From assembly GCA_044222185.1 (NCBI GenBank), contig JBGANV010000001.1, forward strand, positions 1,888,001 to 1,952,000: a stretch of DNA of 64,000 bases. The letters run 5' to 3'. Origin of the DNA: Planctomycetota bacterium (lineage in GTDB: Bacteria; Planctomycetota; GCA-002687715; CAIWVZ01). The position numbers and the translations under genes are program-made. Positions 45,644-57,510 of this stretch are shown one piece after another (positions within the stretch are counted from its first letter, which is position 1; the number at the start of each line of letters is the position of its first letter). The notes under the pieces were generated by a model. It worked only from the letters and a program-made list of their open reading frames with translations, did no database searches and was not told the origin of the DNA.

Positions 45644-47671
45644 ATGGACGCCACGCGAGCCCGCCAGCGCATCGACGAGTTGCGCCGTACGATCGAGAAG
45701 CACGACCACGCCTACCACGTGCTCGATCGCCCCCAGGTTTCGGACGCCGAGTACGACACACTCTTCCGCGAACTCGTGGAGCTGGAGTCGGCGTTCCCCC
45801 AGTTCGCCGACCAGACGTCGCCGACCCAGCGCGTCGGTGGACGCCCACTCGACGCCTTCGCCAAGGCGCGACATCGCGTGCCCATGCTCTCGCTCGAGAA
45901 CGCGATGGACGAAGCCGAATTCCACGACTGGGTCGGTCGAGTCCGCCGGCATCTCGGTGACTCCGCGCCAGCCGCGATCCCGTTCCACGTGGAGCCAAAG
46001 ATCGACGGGATATCGATCTCGCTCACCTACGAAGGCGGAGAGCTCACGCGCGCCGCGACACGCGGCGACGGCGAGACCGGTGAGGACGTGACGGCCAACG
46101 TGCGGACGATCCGCACGCTTCCCCTGCGGCTGACGGCGGCATCAGCGAAGGCTCCGCCGCGGCTCGAGGTTCGAGGCGAGGTCTACGTGACCAAGCCAGA
46201 CTTCGCCGATTTCAACGCCCGCTTGCCCGCGGGCGAGGAGCCGTACGCGAACCCACGGAACTTCGCGGGCGGATCGCTGCGCCAACTGGACCCGAGGATC
46301 TCGTCGCAGCGCCCGTTGCGGATCGCGCTCTACGCGCTCGCCGAGCGCGAGGGCATCGACGTGGCCACCCAGTCCGACATTCTGGACCTCCTCCGTGGAC
46401 TCGGTCTACCCGTCGCCGACCCCTACAACACGAGGTGTTCGACGCCGGAGGCCGTCGTCGAGCAGTACCGGAAGCTGGAAGCCGGCCGCGACCGGATGCC
46501 GTTCGAGATCGACGGCGTGGTCGTGAAGGTCGACGCACTGGAGCTGCAGACCACGCTCGGCATGCGATCACGTACCCCCCGGTGGGCCGTCGCCTGGAAG
46601 TTCGTCGCACGCGCCGGCGAAACGCTGCTGCGCGCGATCGACGTGTCGATCGGGCGAACCGGCGTGCTCACGCCGGTCGCGGTGCTCGACCCCGTGGCCA
46701 TCGGCGGTGTGACCGTGAGCTCGGCGACGCTCCACAACCAGGAGGAAATCGATCGGCTCGACGCGCGACCGGGCGACCGCGTCGTCGTCGCCCGTGCCGG
46801 CGACGTGATCCCGAAGGTGACACGCGTGATCCCCGCCGAGCCGCGCGGCGAGAAGTTCCGCTTGCCACAGGCGTGCCCCGCCTGCGGGACGGCCGTCGTG
46901 AGGGACGAGGAGGAAGTGGCGCTGCGTTGCCCCAACTCCGCGTGTGTCGAGCAGGTGAAGGGACGAGTTCGGCATTTCGCATCGAAGGACGCCATGGACA
47001 TCGACGGGCTCGGTGAGAAACTCGTCGAGCAACTCGTCGATCGGCACGTCGTCCGCACCCCGGCCGACCTGTTCAGGCTCGACGCGTCCACGCTCGCGAG
47101 CCTCGATCGCATGGGCGAGAAGTCCGCCGCGAAGCTCGTCGCCGGAATCGACGAGTCGCGCACGCGCTCGCTGGGGCGGCTCATCTTCGCCCTTGGGATC
47201 CGCCACGTCGGCGAGGTCGTCGCCGGGATCATCGCCGAGCACGTGGAGACGTTCGAGGGATTCCGCCAGTGCACGGCTGAACGGCTCCAGGGGATTCCGG
47301 AAGTGGGAGCCGTCGTCGCGAAGAGCGTCCGCGATTGGCTGGACTCGCCCGAAAATCAGCAGATGCTCGACGGACTCGTCGACGGCGGCGTCCGGCCCGC
47401 GGCGCCGCCGAAGCGCACGACGCTCGGCCTCATGTCGGGGATGACGGCCGTCGTGACCGGAACCCTCCCGTCGCTCGATCGCAAGGAGGCCGAGAACCTC
47501 CTGAAGGAGAACGGGGCCAAGGTTGCGGGAAGCGTCAGTCGATCGACGACGTTCCTTCTGGCGGGCGAGAAGGCCGGCTCCAAGCTCACGAAGGCGCAGG
47601 AACTGGGGATCCCGATCCTGGATGAAGCCACAGTCCGCGCGTGGCTGTCATCCGGTTCGCGGCCGTTCTGA
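45644..47671 (+). CDS. ligA: NAD-dependent DNA ligase
   Basis: EPKIDG, TRGDG, EVRGE, NPRN, DGVVVK, zinc finger CPAC/CPNSAC, HhH and BRCT. Confidence 0.97.
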   Translation: MDATRARQRIDELRRTIEKHDHAYHVLDRPQVSDAEYDTLFRELVELESAFPQFADQTSPTQRVGGRPLDAFAKARHRVPMLSLENAMDEAEFHDWVGRVRRHLGDSAPAAIPFHVEPKIDGISISLTYEGGELTRAATRGDGETGEDVTANVRTIRTLPLRLTAASAKAPPRLEVRGEVYVTKPDFADFNARLPAGEEPYANPRNFAGGSLRQLDPRISSQRPLRIALYALAEREGIDVATQSDILDLLRGLGLPVADPYNTRCSTPEAVVEQYRKLEAGRDRMPFEIDGVVVKVDALELQTTLGMRSRTPRWAVAWKFVARAGETLLRAIDVSIGRTGVLTPVAVLDPVAIGGVTVSSATLHNQEEIDRLDARPGDRVVVARAGDVIPKVTRVIPAEPRGEKFRLPQACPACGTAVVRDEEEVALRCPNSACVEQVKGRVRHFASKDAMDIDGLGEKLVEQLVDRHVVRTPADLFRLDASTLASLDRMGEKSAAKLVAGIDESRTRSLGRLIFALGIRHVGEVVAGIIAEHVETFEGFRQCTAERLQGIPEVGAVVAKSVRDWLDSPENQQMLDGLVDGGVRPAAPPKRTTLGLMSGMTAVVTGTLPSLDRKEAENLLKENGAKVAGSVSRSTTFLLAGEKAGSKLTKAQELGIPILDEATVRAWLSSGSRPF

Positions 47672-47677
47672 TCCGCG

Positions 47678-48352
47678 TCATCGCCCGAGCGCGACGCGGA
47701 TGGATCGCGCGACGGTGCGCGGTTCGTCGGCACCGCAGATGGCGCTCGACACCGCGACCCGGGTCACTCCGTGCTGGCGAAGCCAAACGGCCCGTTCAGG
47801 ATCGATCCCGCCGATCGCGAAGGCCGGCACCGTGGCCGCACCGTACGCCGTTCGGATCAACGTCAGTCCGCGCCCGCAGAGCCCTTTCGTCGAGGTGTCG
47901 AAAACGGGTCCGACGCCGATGTAGTCGACGTCCAAATGGGCCGATCGCTCGACCTGCGCGCGATCGTGCGTGGACCAGCCCACGAGCAGCCGAGGCCCGA
48001 TCCTCGTGCGGGCGTCGGCAATGGGCATGTCGTCCTGCCCGAGGTGAACGCCGTCCACGGTTCCATCCGCGACCGCAGCGACGTCGTCGTTGACGATGAG
48101 CAGGACGCCACGCGACCGCGTGCGTTCGGAGACGCGCCGCAACCAAGGGACGAGCTCGGCGGTGGGCAAACCCGGTTCGCGCACCTGCACGACGTCGACG
48201 CCGCCCTCGATGGCCTGCTCGAGGACCTCCAGGGGATCCCGCCTGCACAGTCTCCGCGTCAGGAGCAGGTACAAAGCGGCGTCGCCCAACCGCTTCCGCA
48301 GTTCCAATCGACCGGCGTCGCCCGCCGACCTCGCCGTTTGATCGTCAGTCAT
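47678..48352 (-). CDS. thiE: Thiamine-phosphate synthase
   Basis: VQVRE, LIVNDD, GVHLGQDD, GWSTH, GPVFDTSTK, AIGGI. ATG 48352 overlaps the upstream stop. Confidence 0.9.
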   Translation of the reverse strand: MTDDQTARSAGDAGRLELRKRLGDAALYLLLTRRLCRRDPLEVLEQAIEGGVDVVQVREPGLPTAELVPWLRRVSERTRSRGVLLIVNDDVAAVADGTVDGVHLGQDDMPIADARTRIGPRLLVGWSTHDRAQVERSAHLDVDYIGVGPVFDTSTKGLCGRGLTLIRTAYGAATVPAFAIGGIDPERAVWLRQHGVTRVAVSSAICGADEPRTVARSIRVALGR

Positions 48353-49845
48353 TCGCCTGATGGCCTCGATTCCGGTTGGTCCACGCGCCATCCGCCCCCG
48401 AGCGACTTGTAGAGCGCGATGAGGTCGGCCGTGACCTGAGTCTCGCTCTGAACGAGAGATGACTCCGCGCCGAGCAGTTGTCTCTGCGCATTCAACACGT
48501 TCAGGAAGTCGGTCTTCCCGGCGCCATAAAGCTGAAGCGCGAGGTCGACCGCCTGCGTGTTCGCGGCCGCGGATTCGGAAAGCGCGGCCCGGCGGTCCTG
48601 CTCTCGCAAGAATGCCGCGAGCGCGGTCTCCACGTCACGGAGCGCCGTCAGCACGCTGGCCTTGTAGGCGATCAGGACTTCCTCGGCCGACGCCCTCTGC
48701 AACTCGATGTTCGCGTCGATGCGCCCGCCTTCGAAGATCGGCCAGCTCACGGACGGCCCGATGGACCAGAAGCGGTGCGCGAACGAAACGAGGGACGCCG
48801 CCTCGCTGCCCTGCGTTCCGACGGAGCCCGTGAGCGAGAACCTTGGGAACCGGTCAGCCATCGCGACGCCGATTCGGGCCGTGGCGGCGTGCAAGTCGCT
48901 CTCGGCGCGCTGGATGTCAGGGCGGCGGAGAAGCAGTTCCGACGGCAGCCCCACGGGCACGTCGCCGGGCGGAACGGGAATCGGGCGCACGATCGCCAGC
49001 TCCGTCGCGAGCGCCGACGGCGGCTGCCCCAACAGGACGGACAACGCGTGAACGTCGGCTCGCTCCGCCGCTTCGAACGACGGAATCGTCGACGTCGTGG
49101 ACGCGACCTGCGCCCTGGCGTTGGCAACGTCGAGCGCGCTGACGAACCCCACCTCGAAGCGCTCCTGGGTCAGGACGAGAGTCTGCTGCTGAGCCTCCAG
49201 ATTGCGGCGCGCGATCGCGAGCTGCTGCTGGGTTCCGCGCAAGTCCGTGTAGGTCGCGGCCACTTCCGCGCAGAGCGAGACGAGGACTGAAGCACGATCG
49301 AACCGCGCCGACTCGAGCTGAGCCTCCGCAGCCTCGACTTCGCGACTGAGCCCACCGAAGATGTCGATCTCCCAGGAGGCGTCGAAGCCCTCGCGGAACG
49401 AGCTCCGAGTCGAACCGACGGTCCGACCACCGACGGTCGCGGCCGAGTACGACCGGTCGGCGGACGCCGACGCGTTCACCGTCGGGAGGAGCTCGCCGGC
49501 CGCGAGGCCGAGGCTCGCGCGCGCCTGGCGGATCCGCGCCGCCGCCTGTGCGAGACCGAGGTTGGACTTCACGGCACGCGTGATCAGATCCGAGAGCACC
49601 GGGTCCCCGAACTGGCTCCACCATTCCGTCAGGTCGGCCGCGGCCTCCCGTGGCAGACTCCGTCTCGACGATGCACGCGATTCCGCGCCGAGCTCGGCGA
49701 ACGACGCAGGCACGTCCGAGTCCGGGCGCTGAAAGTCCGGGCCAGACGTGCAGCCCGAGACGACGACGGCGGCAATCAGCAACGCAGCTCGCCGCGCGAG
49801 ATCCGTCGCCACGGCGCGCCGTGCTCGGCTCCATCGCTCGATCAT
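48349..49845 (-). CDS. Outer-membrane efflux lipoprotein (NodT/TolC family)
   Basis: Lipobox SGC, WWSQFGDPVL, SWEIDIFG, LPSELLLRRPDI, LYKSLGGGW. Confidence 0.93.
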   Translation of the reverse strand: MIERWSRARRAVATDLARRAALLIAAVVVSGCTSGPDFQRPDSDVPASFAELGAESRASSRRSLPREAAADLTEWWSQFGDPVLSDLITRAVKSNLGLAQAAARIRQARASLGLAAGELLPTVNASASADRSYSAATVGGRTVGSTRSSFREGFDASWEIDIFGGLSREVEAAEAQLESARFDRASVLVSLCAEVAATYTDLRGTQQQLAIARRNLEAQQQTLVLTQERFEVGFVSALDVANARAQVASTTSTIPSFEAAERADVHALSVLLGQPPSALATELAIVRPIPVPPGDVPVGLPSELLLRRPDIQRAESDLHAATARIGVAMADRFPRFSLTGSVGTQGSEAASLVSFAHRFWSIGPSVSWPIFEGGRIDANIELQRASAEEVLIAYKASVLTALRDVETALAAFLREQDRRAALSESAAANTQAVDLALQLYGAGKTDFLNVLNAQRQLLGAESSLVQSETQVTADLIALYKSLGGGWRVDQPESRPSGE

Positions 49846-49858
49846 CGGACGGCGCTCC

Positions 49859-51208
49859 TCACTCGTACCTCAGGGCATCGATCGGGTCGAGCCGCGACGC
49901 CTTCCAGGCCGGATAGAAACCGAAGACGATGCCAACGACGAGCGAGACCGCGACCGACGCAACGACGGCTTCGATCGAGCGCTCGACGGGCCAATGAAGC
50001 AGGTTCTTCACGAGGGTCGCCGCACCGCGCCCGAGCAGGAGGCCGATCACACCGCCGATGAGGCACAAGACCGTCGCCTCCGTGAGAAACTGACTGAGGA
50101 TGTCGCGCGAGCGCGCACCGATCGCCATGCGCAGGCCGATCTCCCGCGTTCGCTCCGTCACGGACACGAGCATGATGTTCATGATGCCCACGCCGCCGAC
50201 GAGCAGCGAGATCAAGGCGACCGCGAGGAGCAGGTTCGTCATCATCCCCGACGTCGCCGCGAGGGCGTTCGCGCTCTCCGTCTGATCGCGGATGCTGAAA
50301 TCGTCGGGCTCACCCGCGCGGATCTTGTGACGCTCACGGAGCAGCTCCGTGATCTGCGCCATGGCGTTCTTGATCTGGCCGGCAGAGGTCGCAGCAACGA
50401 TCAGTTGATCGACGTTCGCGAATCGCGCCGCGCGCGGCGCCTCTCCGAGCTGGGCCGACGCTGGCGGGTAGACGCTCGTCGCCGCGGGGAACACGCCGTT
50501 CGTCGTCGCCGTCGGGGCTGCCGCGCCGCTCCCGCCGGTCCCAGAGCCCGAACCCGCCACGCGGTATTTGATCGTCGTCCAGGGCGCCAGGATGATGTCG
50601 TCCTGATCCATGCCGAAGGCGTTCGCGCCCTTCGCCGTGAGCACGCCGATCACGCGAAAACTCGTGCTCTGGAGGCGGATCTCCTTCCCGAGCGGCTCGA
50701 TCCCCTTGAACAACTCCCGCACGATCGTCTGTCCGACGAGGCAGACCTTCGACGAGTTGCGGATCTCCGATTCGCCGAACATCTCACCCTCTGCGAGCGT
50801 GCTCCAGTCGCGGACATCCAGGTACGCCGCGGAGGTGCCGTAGATGAACGTCGGCACCCAGTTCTTGTCCTGGAAGATGACCTGCGTTCGCGCGCGAACG
50901 ATGGGCGCCGCGGCTCCCACCGCCGGGCACTCGCGCAGGATCGCCGCGCAGTCCTCGGCCGTCATGGTGATCACGCTCCCGGCGCCGTAGCTGATGCCGC
51001 CGCTCGCCGCAGTGCCCGGCATGACGAGGAGGTTGTTCGCTCCCATGCTCGCGATCGTCTTCGCGATCGAGCCCGACGACCCCTTCCCGATCTCCATCAT
51101 CGTGATGACGGCTGCGATTCCGATCACGATGCCCAGGATCGTCAGAAGCGAGCGCGTGATGTTCCTGCGCAATGCGCGGATCGCCGTACTGAAGGTCCTT
51201 CCGCTCAT
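49859..51208 (-). CDS. MacB-like ABC transporter permease
   Basis: RSLLTILGIVIG, VGGVGIMNIMLVSVTERTREIG, FYPAWKASRLDPIDALRYE. Confidence 0.93.
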   Translation of the reverse strand: MSGRTFSTAIRALRRNITRSLLTILGIVIGIAAVITMMEIGKGSSGSIAKTIASMGANNLLVMPGTAASGGISYGAGSVITMTAEDCAAILRECPAVGAAAPIVRARTQVIFQDKNWVPTFIYGTSAAYLDVRDWSTLAEGEMFGESEIRNSSKVCLVGQTIVRELFKGIEPLGKEIRLQSTSFRVIGVLTAKGANAFGMDQDDIILAPWTTIKYRVAGSGSGTGGSGAAAPTATTNGVFPAATSVYPPASAQLGEAPRAARFANVDQLIVAATSAGQIKNAMAQITELLRERHKIRAGEPDDFSIRDQTESANALAATSGMMTNLLLAVALISLLVGGVGIMNIMLVSVTERTREIGLRMAIGARSRDILSQFLTEATVLCLIGGVIGLLLGRGAATLVKNLLHWPVERSIEAVVASVAVSLVVGIVFGFYPAWKASRLDPIDALRYE

Positions 51209-51984
51209 GGCTGATTCCCTTCGACGTGCGTGGGTTGCGGTTCGACGACGGGGTGGTCGTTTTCCGTGTCCGATTCGATGACGCCGTCACGAAGTCGGAT
51301 GTTGCGGCGCGCGTGCGCTGCGACGACGGGATCGTGCGTCACGATGACGATCGTGATCCCCTCGGCGCGATTGAGCTCCTGGAACATCGCGAGGATCTCG
51401 GTCGTCGTCTTCGAGTCCAGGTTCCCGGTCGGTTCGTCGGCGAACAGGACGGGGGGGCGATTCACGAGGGCCCGCGCGATCGCGACCCGTTGCTGCTGGC
51501 CTCCGGATAGCTGCGTCGGGGTGTGATCGAACCGCGCACCGAGGCCCACCAGCGTGAGGAGTTCGACGGCCCGTTTTCGCGCCTGCCGATCGCTGGGCGC
51601 GCCCGCGGCGTAGGTCAGGGGGAGCATCACCTGCTCCACAGCCGTGGTGCGCGGCAGGAGGTTGAAGCTCTGGAACACGAACCCGATCTTCTTGTTGCGG
51701 ATGAGCGCTCGCCGGTCCGAGGAAAGTCGTCCCACCTCCTCGCCGTCCAACCAGTATTCACCGGACGACGGACGGTCGAGGCACCCCAGGATGTTCATCA
51801 ACGTCGTCTTCCCCGAGCCGGATGAACCCGTGAGGGCCACGAGGTCGCCGCGACGAATCTCGAGAGAGATCCCCTTGAGCACGGGCAGATCCATCTCGCC
51901 CACGTGGAAGGTCCTGCGGATCTCCGAAAGCCGGATCAACGCCGGCGCTCCGTTCGGTCCCGAGTTCGTCGCCACCTCGTTCAC
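51205..51984 (-). CDS. MacB-like ABC transporter ATP-binding subunit
   Basis: GSSGSGKT, LSGGQQQRVAIAR, ADEPTGNLD. Start trimmed to GTG 51984. Confidence 0.93.
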   Translation of the reverse strand: MNEVATNSGPNGAPALIRLSEIRRTFHVGEMDLPVLKGISLEIRRGDLVALTGSSGSGKTTLMNILGCLDRPSSGEYWLDGEEVGRLSSDRRALIRNKKIGFVFQSFNLLPRTTAVEQVMLPLTYAAGAPSDRQARKRAVELLTLVGLGARFDHTPTQLSGGQQQRVAIARALVNRPPVLFADEPTGNLDSKTTTEILAMFQELNRAEGITIVIVTHDPVVAAHARRNIRLRDGVIESDTENDHPVVEPQPTHVEGNQP

Positions 51985-51994
51985 CGCGACGACC

Positions 51995-53323
51995 TCAGCG
52001 CCGCCCACCGCGGAACATGGGTGGCGAGAAGGGATTCGTCGTCTGTGGTTGCGCAGCACCGCTGCCTTCACCCGTGTTCTCCCCCACCACCACGTCGTCA
52101 CCTTCCTGGAGGTCGTCGGCCTCGACCTCGGTGACGCTGCCGTCGGACAGTCCGGTCTTGACGGCGACGGAGCGCAACGCGCCATCCAGGAAGACCCACA
52201 CCGTCGACCGGGGTGCGCGCCGCGGTCGCGACGCCGCGCCGTCCTGACGCCTGCCCTCGCCGCGACCGTTTGCCGCGCCAGCCGAATCAGGCGCTCCCGT
52301 CGCCGGCGGCGACCAGCGCAGCGCGGCGTTGGGGACCGCCAGCACGTCCTGGCGGCGGTCGATCACGAACCTCACGTTCGCCGTCAGGTACGGCAACAGC
52401 CTCAAATTCGCGTTGTCCGTGACGATCTCGACGGTGTAGGTGACGACGTTCTGCGTCATCGTCGCGTTCAATCGGATCTTCCGGACCTCGCCGGTGAACG
52501 TCTCGTTCGGGAACGTGTCGGTAGTGAACGTGACCTTCGCCCCGGGCTGGACGTGGCCGATGTCCGCCTCGTTGACCTGCACCAGCACCTGCATGCGTCG
52601 CAGATCCTTGGCGATGAGGAAGAGGCTCGGTGCATTCAAGCTCGATACCACGGTCTGCCCCACGTCGACCTTCCTGTCGATGATCACGCCATCCACGGGC
52701 GAACGGATCGTGCAGTACGCGAGGTTGCGCCGCGACCGCATCAGCGAGGCGTCGGCCGTCGCGATCGCTGCGCGCGCCTGGGCGATGGACGCGTCGGCGA
52801 CGGCGACACCCGCCTGGGCCTGCTCCCAGCCGGACTTGGCTGCGTCGAAATCAGCGGCCGAAAGCGCGCGTGACTGCCCGAGCTTCTGGGCGCGCTCCCA
52901 ATCACGCAACGACTGATCGAGCCGGGCCTGCGCCTGGACGCGGTTCGCCTCTGCCACCTTGAGCTGGGCCTCGGCCTGCGCCATCTGCGCCACGCCGGCC
53001 GCAACGTCGGCCGCATAGACCGTCTCATCGAGTTTCGCGAGGACCGACCCGACCTCGACAATGGATCGGTAGTCGACCTGTTTCCCGTCGCGGTCGAGGC
53101 CCAGCGACGCGATGGGGCCGTTCACCTGGGCGCCGACGTCGACCACGTCCTCGGGGACGATCGTGCCAGTCGCGGTGATCGTCGGAACGATGTCCATCCG
53201 CTTGACCGCTACAGTCCGGTAGGTCGGTGCCTCGGGCCTTTCGTCCCGCTGCTTCCATTGCCAGGCGTAATACCCACCGGCCGCAAGGGCGCAGAGCACG
53301 AGGATCCGGATGAACCACCGCAT
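51995..53323 (-). CDS. MacA-like periplasmic adaptor (membrane fusion protein)
   Basis: ITATGTI, VDVGAQVNG, IRSPVDG, GQTVVSSLNAPSLF, QNVVTY, VPNAALR. Confidence 0.92.
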   Translation of the reverse strand: MRWFIRILVLCALAAGGYYAWQWKQRDERPEAPTYRTVAVKRMDIVPTITATGTIVPEDVVDVGAQVNGPIASLGLDRDGKQVDYRSIVEVGSVLAKLDETVYAADVAAGVAQMAQAEAQLKVAEANRVQAQARLDQSLRDWERAQKLGQSRALSAADFDAAKSGWEQAQAGVAVADASIAQARAAIATADASLMRSRRNLAYCTIRSPVDGVIIDRKVDVGQTVVSSLNAPSLFLIAKDLRRMQVLVQVNEADIGHVQPGAKVTFTTDTFPNETFTGEVRKIRLNATMTQNVVTYTVEIVTDNANLRLLPYLTANVRFVIDRRQDVLAVPNAALRWSPPATGAPDSAGAANGRGEGRRQDGAASRPRRAPRSTVWVFLDGALRSVAVKTGLSDGSVTEVEADDLQEGDDVVVGENTGEGSGAAQPQTTNPFSPPMFRGGRR

Positions 53324-53412
53324 GTCTGGGAGCTCCGTCGGTCCAATCGCCCACTCGATCCCCGGCCAAAGCTCCAGGCGTCTCGAACGGCGTCCGACGG
53401 AACACGTTACCG

Positions 53413-53991
53413 TTGCCCCGATTGGAACCCGACCGAGACACACCGCCGCGGGGCCGCCCGTCGAAGCCGTCCCTGCTCGCCGCCCTGCTCTCACCTGTGC
53501 CAGGGCTTGGCCACTGGGTCCTGGGTCGCGGAGGCCGCGGCTTCATCGCGTTCGCGGCGTTCACGTTCGGCCTGAACCAGATCCTGCTCTCGCGTCTCAT
53601 CGAGACCCTGCGCGACGAGAACGAGGCCTGCGGATTCCTCGTCGCCGGAGCGGCGGTCCTGTTCAGCATGGTCGACGTGCTGCGTACGGGCGTCCTGCGT
53701 CGCAGGGCTGCCGTACGCGACGAGCGCAAACGCCTCCTGGACGCGGGCGTCGACCGGGTGCGCGCTGGCGACCTGCGCGGTGGCCGCAGCGCATTCGAGC
53801 GCGCGTTGGATCTGGACGAGGACGACGCGACCGCGCGACTGCACGTGGCCTGGGCGGAGCGGCTCACGGGACGCCACGTCGAGTGCCTGGGGCACGCGCG
53901 GGCCGGCCTCAGGGTCGCACGAGATCCCGACGTCCGGGCAGCGCTCTCGGCCGAAGTCGAGCATGCGCACGAGGCGCTGCACCGTCGCTGA
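53413..53991 (+). CDS. Small membrane protein with TPR repeat
   Basis: AALLSPVPGLGHW motif, three hydrophobic segments, TPR-like ARSAFERALDLD. Start uncertain. Confidence 0.55.
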   Translation: MPRLEPDRDTPPRGRPSKPSLLAALLSPVPGLGHWVLGRGGRGFIAFAAFTFGLNQILLSRLIETLRDENEACGFLVAGAAVLFSMVDVLRTGVLRRRAAVRDERKRLLDAGVDRVRAGDLRGGRSAFERALDLDEDDATARLHVAWAERLTGRHVECLGHARAGLRVARDPDVRAALSAEVEHAHEALHRR

Positions 53992-54003
53992 GCACGTCGC
54001 GTA

Positions 54004-55158
54004 TCAGCGGAGGACGCGGTCGAGGAGGTCCCGCGTCTCCTGATCCCGCGCGAGCGGGCGCAATGTCGCGAGCCGCGCACGATCGAGCGCGGTGCGATCA
54101 CGCGCGATCAGCAGGATCTCCGACGACGACACCATCCCGCGGCGCGCCGTTCGCGCATAGATCACTTCCGTCAGATCTGGACCCTGGAATGCGGCGAGAT
54201 GCTGGTCGACGAGCTTCACGAAGTCCGCGTCCACACCGGGCTGATCCGCCAGGTCGAGCAGCCGACGAGCGGAATCGACGTCGCCACGAAACATCACGCC
54301 CATGATGGCCGCGGAGCGCATGTCTGCAATTGGGTGGTCGGCGGCGAGCTGGCCCGAGAGCTTCACGGGCCGCGCCGACCCCGTGGCGATGCGCATCAGC
54401 AGATCGAGCGTCTCATGGCTCTGTCCCGTCTGCCCCAGGGCGACGAGCGCCTGGACGCGATCGATGTCCGGGCGCTTCGCATCCTCGGCGATGCCGGCGA
54501 AGAAGGGGTCCCGCCCGTCCCAGTCCACGTGTGAGATGGCCGAGTAGGCATGCCGGCGCAACTCGGGGTCTGATTGGTTCTCGGCGAGCCCCGAGATCCG
54601 CTCGATCGCCTTCGGCTTTCCGATCGCGGCCAACGCGTCGACCGCCTGGATCGGGTCGAGCGGGTAGACCTCCGAGAGCACGTCGACGAAGCGCTCGTCC
54701 GGAACCTGACGCACGATCCAGGGGAACCACTTGCGGAACGTGGGGTCGGAGGTCTGCTTGAACACGTCGATCATGTACGGCACGTCGTCCGCGGTCCACG
54801 AGTACTTCAGCTGGTGCAGGTACTCCTGCATCCGTTCCCGCGACACGGCCGTGGCCTCGGTCCCGATCGTCAGCTCCAGGATCCCCTTCATGGCCTGCCC
54901 GACGCGGCCATGGCGAGCATGCAGGCCTTCCAGCCCCGGCGCGGCGTCGATTCGGACCGGACCCGTCATGGTCGAGATCTGGGGCAGCACGGTCGGGAGC
55001 GGGGCAGCCGGCGCCTGAACCGGTGAGGCTTCCACGCCCAGTGGCCGGCCCAGGCGATCCATCCAGCTACTTCCACCGGACGTGGTCGCCGCCGATGCGA
55101 CGACGAACGCCCCGATGACCAACGCGGCAGTGACGACCGTGAGGAGGATGCTTCGCAT
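54004..55158 (-). CDS. Exported HEAT-repeat-like helical protein
   Basis: Signal/TM MRSILLTVV, AVDALAAIG, ELRRHAYSAI, RVQALVALG, RSAAIMG repeats. Confidence 0.6.
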   Translation of the reverse strand: MRSILLTVVTAALVIGAFVVASAATTSGGSSWMDRLGRPLGVEASPVQAPAAPLPTVLPQISTMTGPVRIDAAPGLEGLHARHGRVGQAMKGILELTIGTEATAVSRERMQEYLHQLKYSWTADDVPYMIDVFKQTSDPTFRKWFPWIVRQVPDERFVDVLSEVYPLDPIQAVDALAAIGKPKAIERISGLAENQSDPELRRHAYSAISHVDWDGRDPFFAGIAEDAKRPDIDRVQALVALGQTGQSHETLDLLMRIATGSARPVKLSGQLAADHPIADMRSAAIMGVMFRGDVDSARRLLDLADQPGVDADFVKLVDQHLAAFQGPDLTEVIYARTARRGMVSSSEILLIARDRTALDRARLATLRPLARDQETRDLLDRVLR

Positions 55159-55297
55159 GACAAGTTGACAGCGAATCGCGTTCCAGGTCCCGACGGCTGC
55201 CAAACTGTCACGACGAGTCGTGCGTGCGCGACGGACGCGGAGGCGAAACGGCGGCAATCTTCCCACTTCCCGGGCAGTCTGCCCAGCGGGGACCCTA

Positions 55298-55313
55298 GGG
55301 AACGGGAGTTGCT
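55298..55313 (+). promoter_or_regulatory. Candidate sigma-54 (-24/-12) promoter for groES-groEL
   Basis: GGGAACGGGAGTTGCT = GG-N10-GC with TTGC at -12, about 105 nt before the groES ATG. Confidence 0.55.
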
Positions 55314-55418
55314 GTCTGCGCGCGCATCGACGCGCTCCGTGCGCGTCTGCACACCGAACGCTCCGACGACCATCCACGCGACTGCCCGACGGCGGTCGCC
55401 CGCCAAGGAGAACAGCAC

Positions 55419-55709
55419 ATGGCAAGCCTGCGTCCGTTGAACGACAAGATCATCGTCCGCCGCCTCGATGCGGAGGATAAGACCAAGGGCGGCATCATCC
55501 TTCCTGAGAAGGCCAAGGAGAAACCGCGCGAGGGCATCGTGAAGTCCGTCGGCGACGGCAAGCTCCTCGAGAACGGCAAGCGCATGGCCATCCAGGTCAA
55601 GACCGGCGACCGGATCATCTTCTCCTCCTACGCTGGCAGCGAGATCAAGGTCGACGGCGACGAGCTCCTGATCCTCGGCGAAGACGACATCCTCGCCGTC
55701 GTCGAGTGA
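55419..55709 (+). CDS. groES: Co-chaperonin GroES
   Basis: LRPLNDKIIV, KTKGGIILP, VGDGK, SYAGSEIK, EDDILAV. SD AAGGAG. Confidence 0.97.
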   Translation: MASLRPLNDKIIVRRLDAEDKTKGGIILPEKAKEKPREGIVKSVGDGKLLENGKRMAIQVKTGDRIIFSSYAGSEIKVDGDELLILGEDDILAVVE

Positions 55710-55774
55710 TCGCGGTCACGCGTCGCGATTGATCGCCAACCAAACAACAAACAGCCATCCCAAGGAAGATCCAC

Positions 55775-57442
<1,668 letters not shown>

Positions 57443-57471
57443 GTCCCAACTCCGTTCGCTCACGCATCGCG

Positions 57472-57510
57472 ACGCGGCCGGTACCGAAGGGTGCCGGCCG
57501 TGTTCGTTTC
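57472..57510 (+). terminator. Probable terminator hairpin after groEL
   Basis: ACGCGGCCGGTACC-GAAG-GGTGCCGGCCGTGT followed by TCGTTTC. Confidence 0.6.

Noticed and set aside
55160-55418. CIRCE/HrcA operator upstream of groES
   Set aside because: No TTAGCACTC-N9-GAGTGCTAA match.
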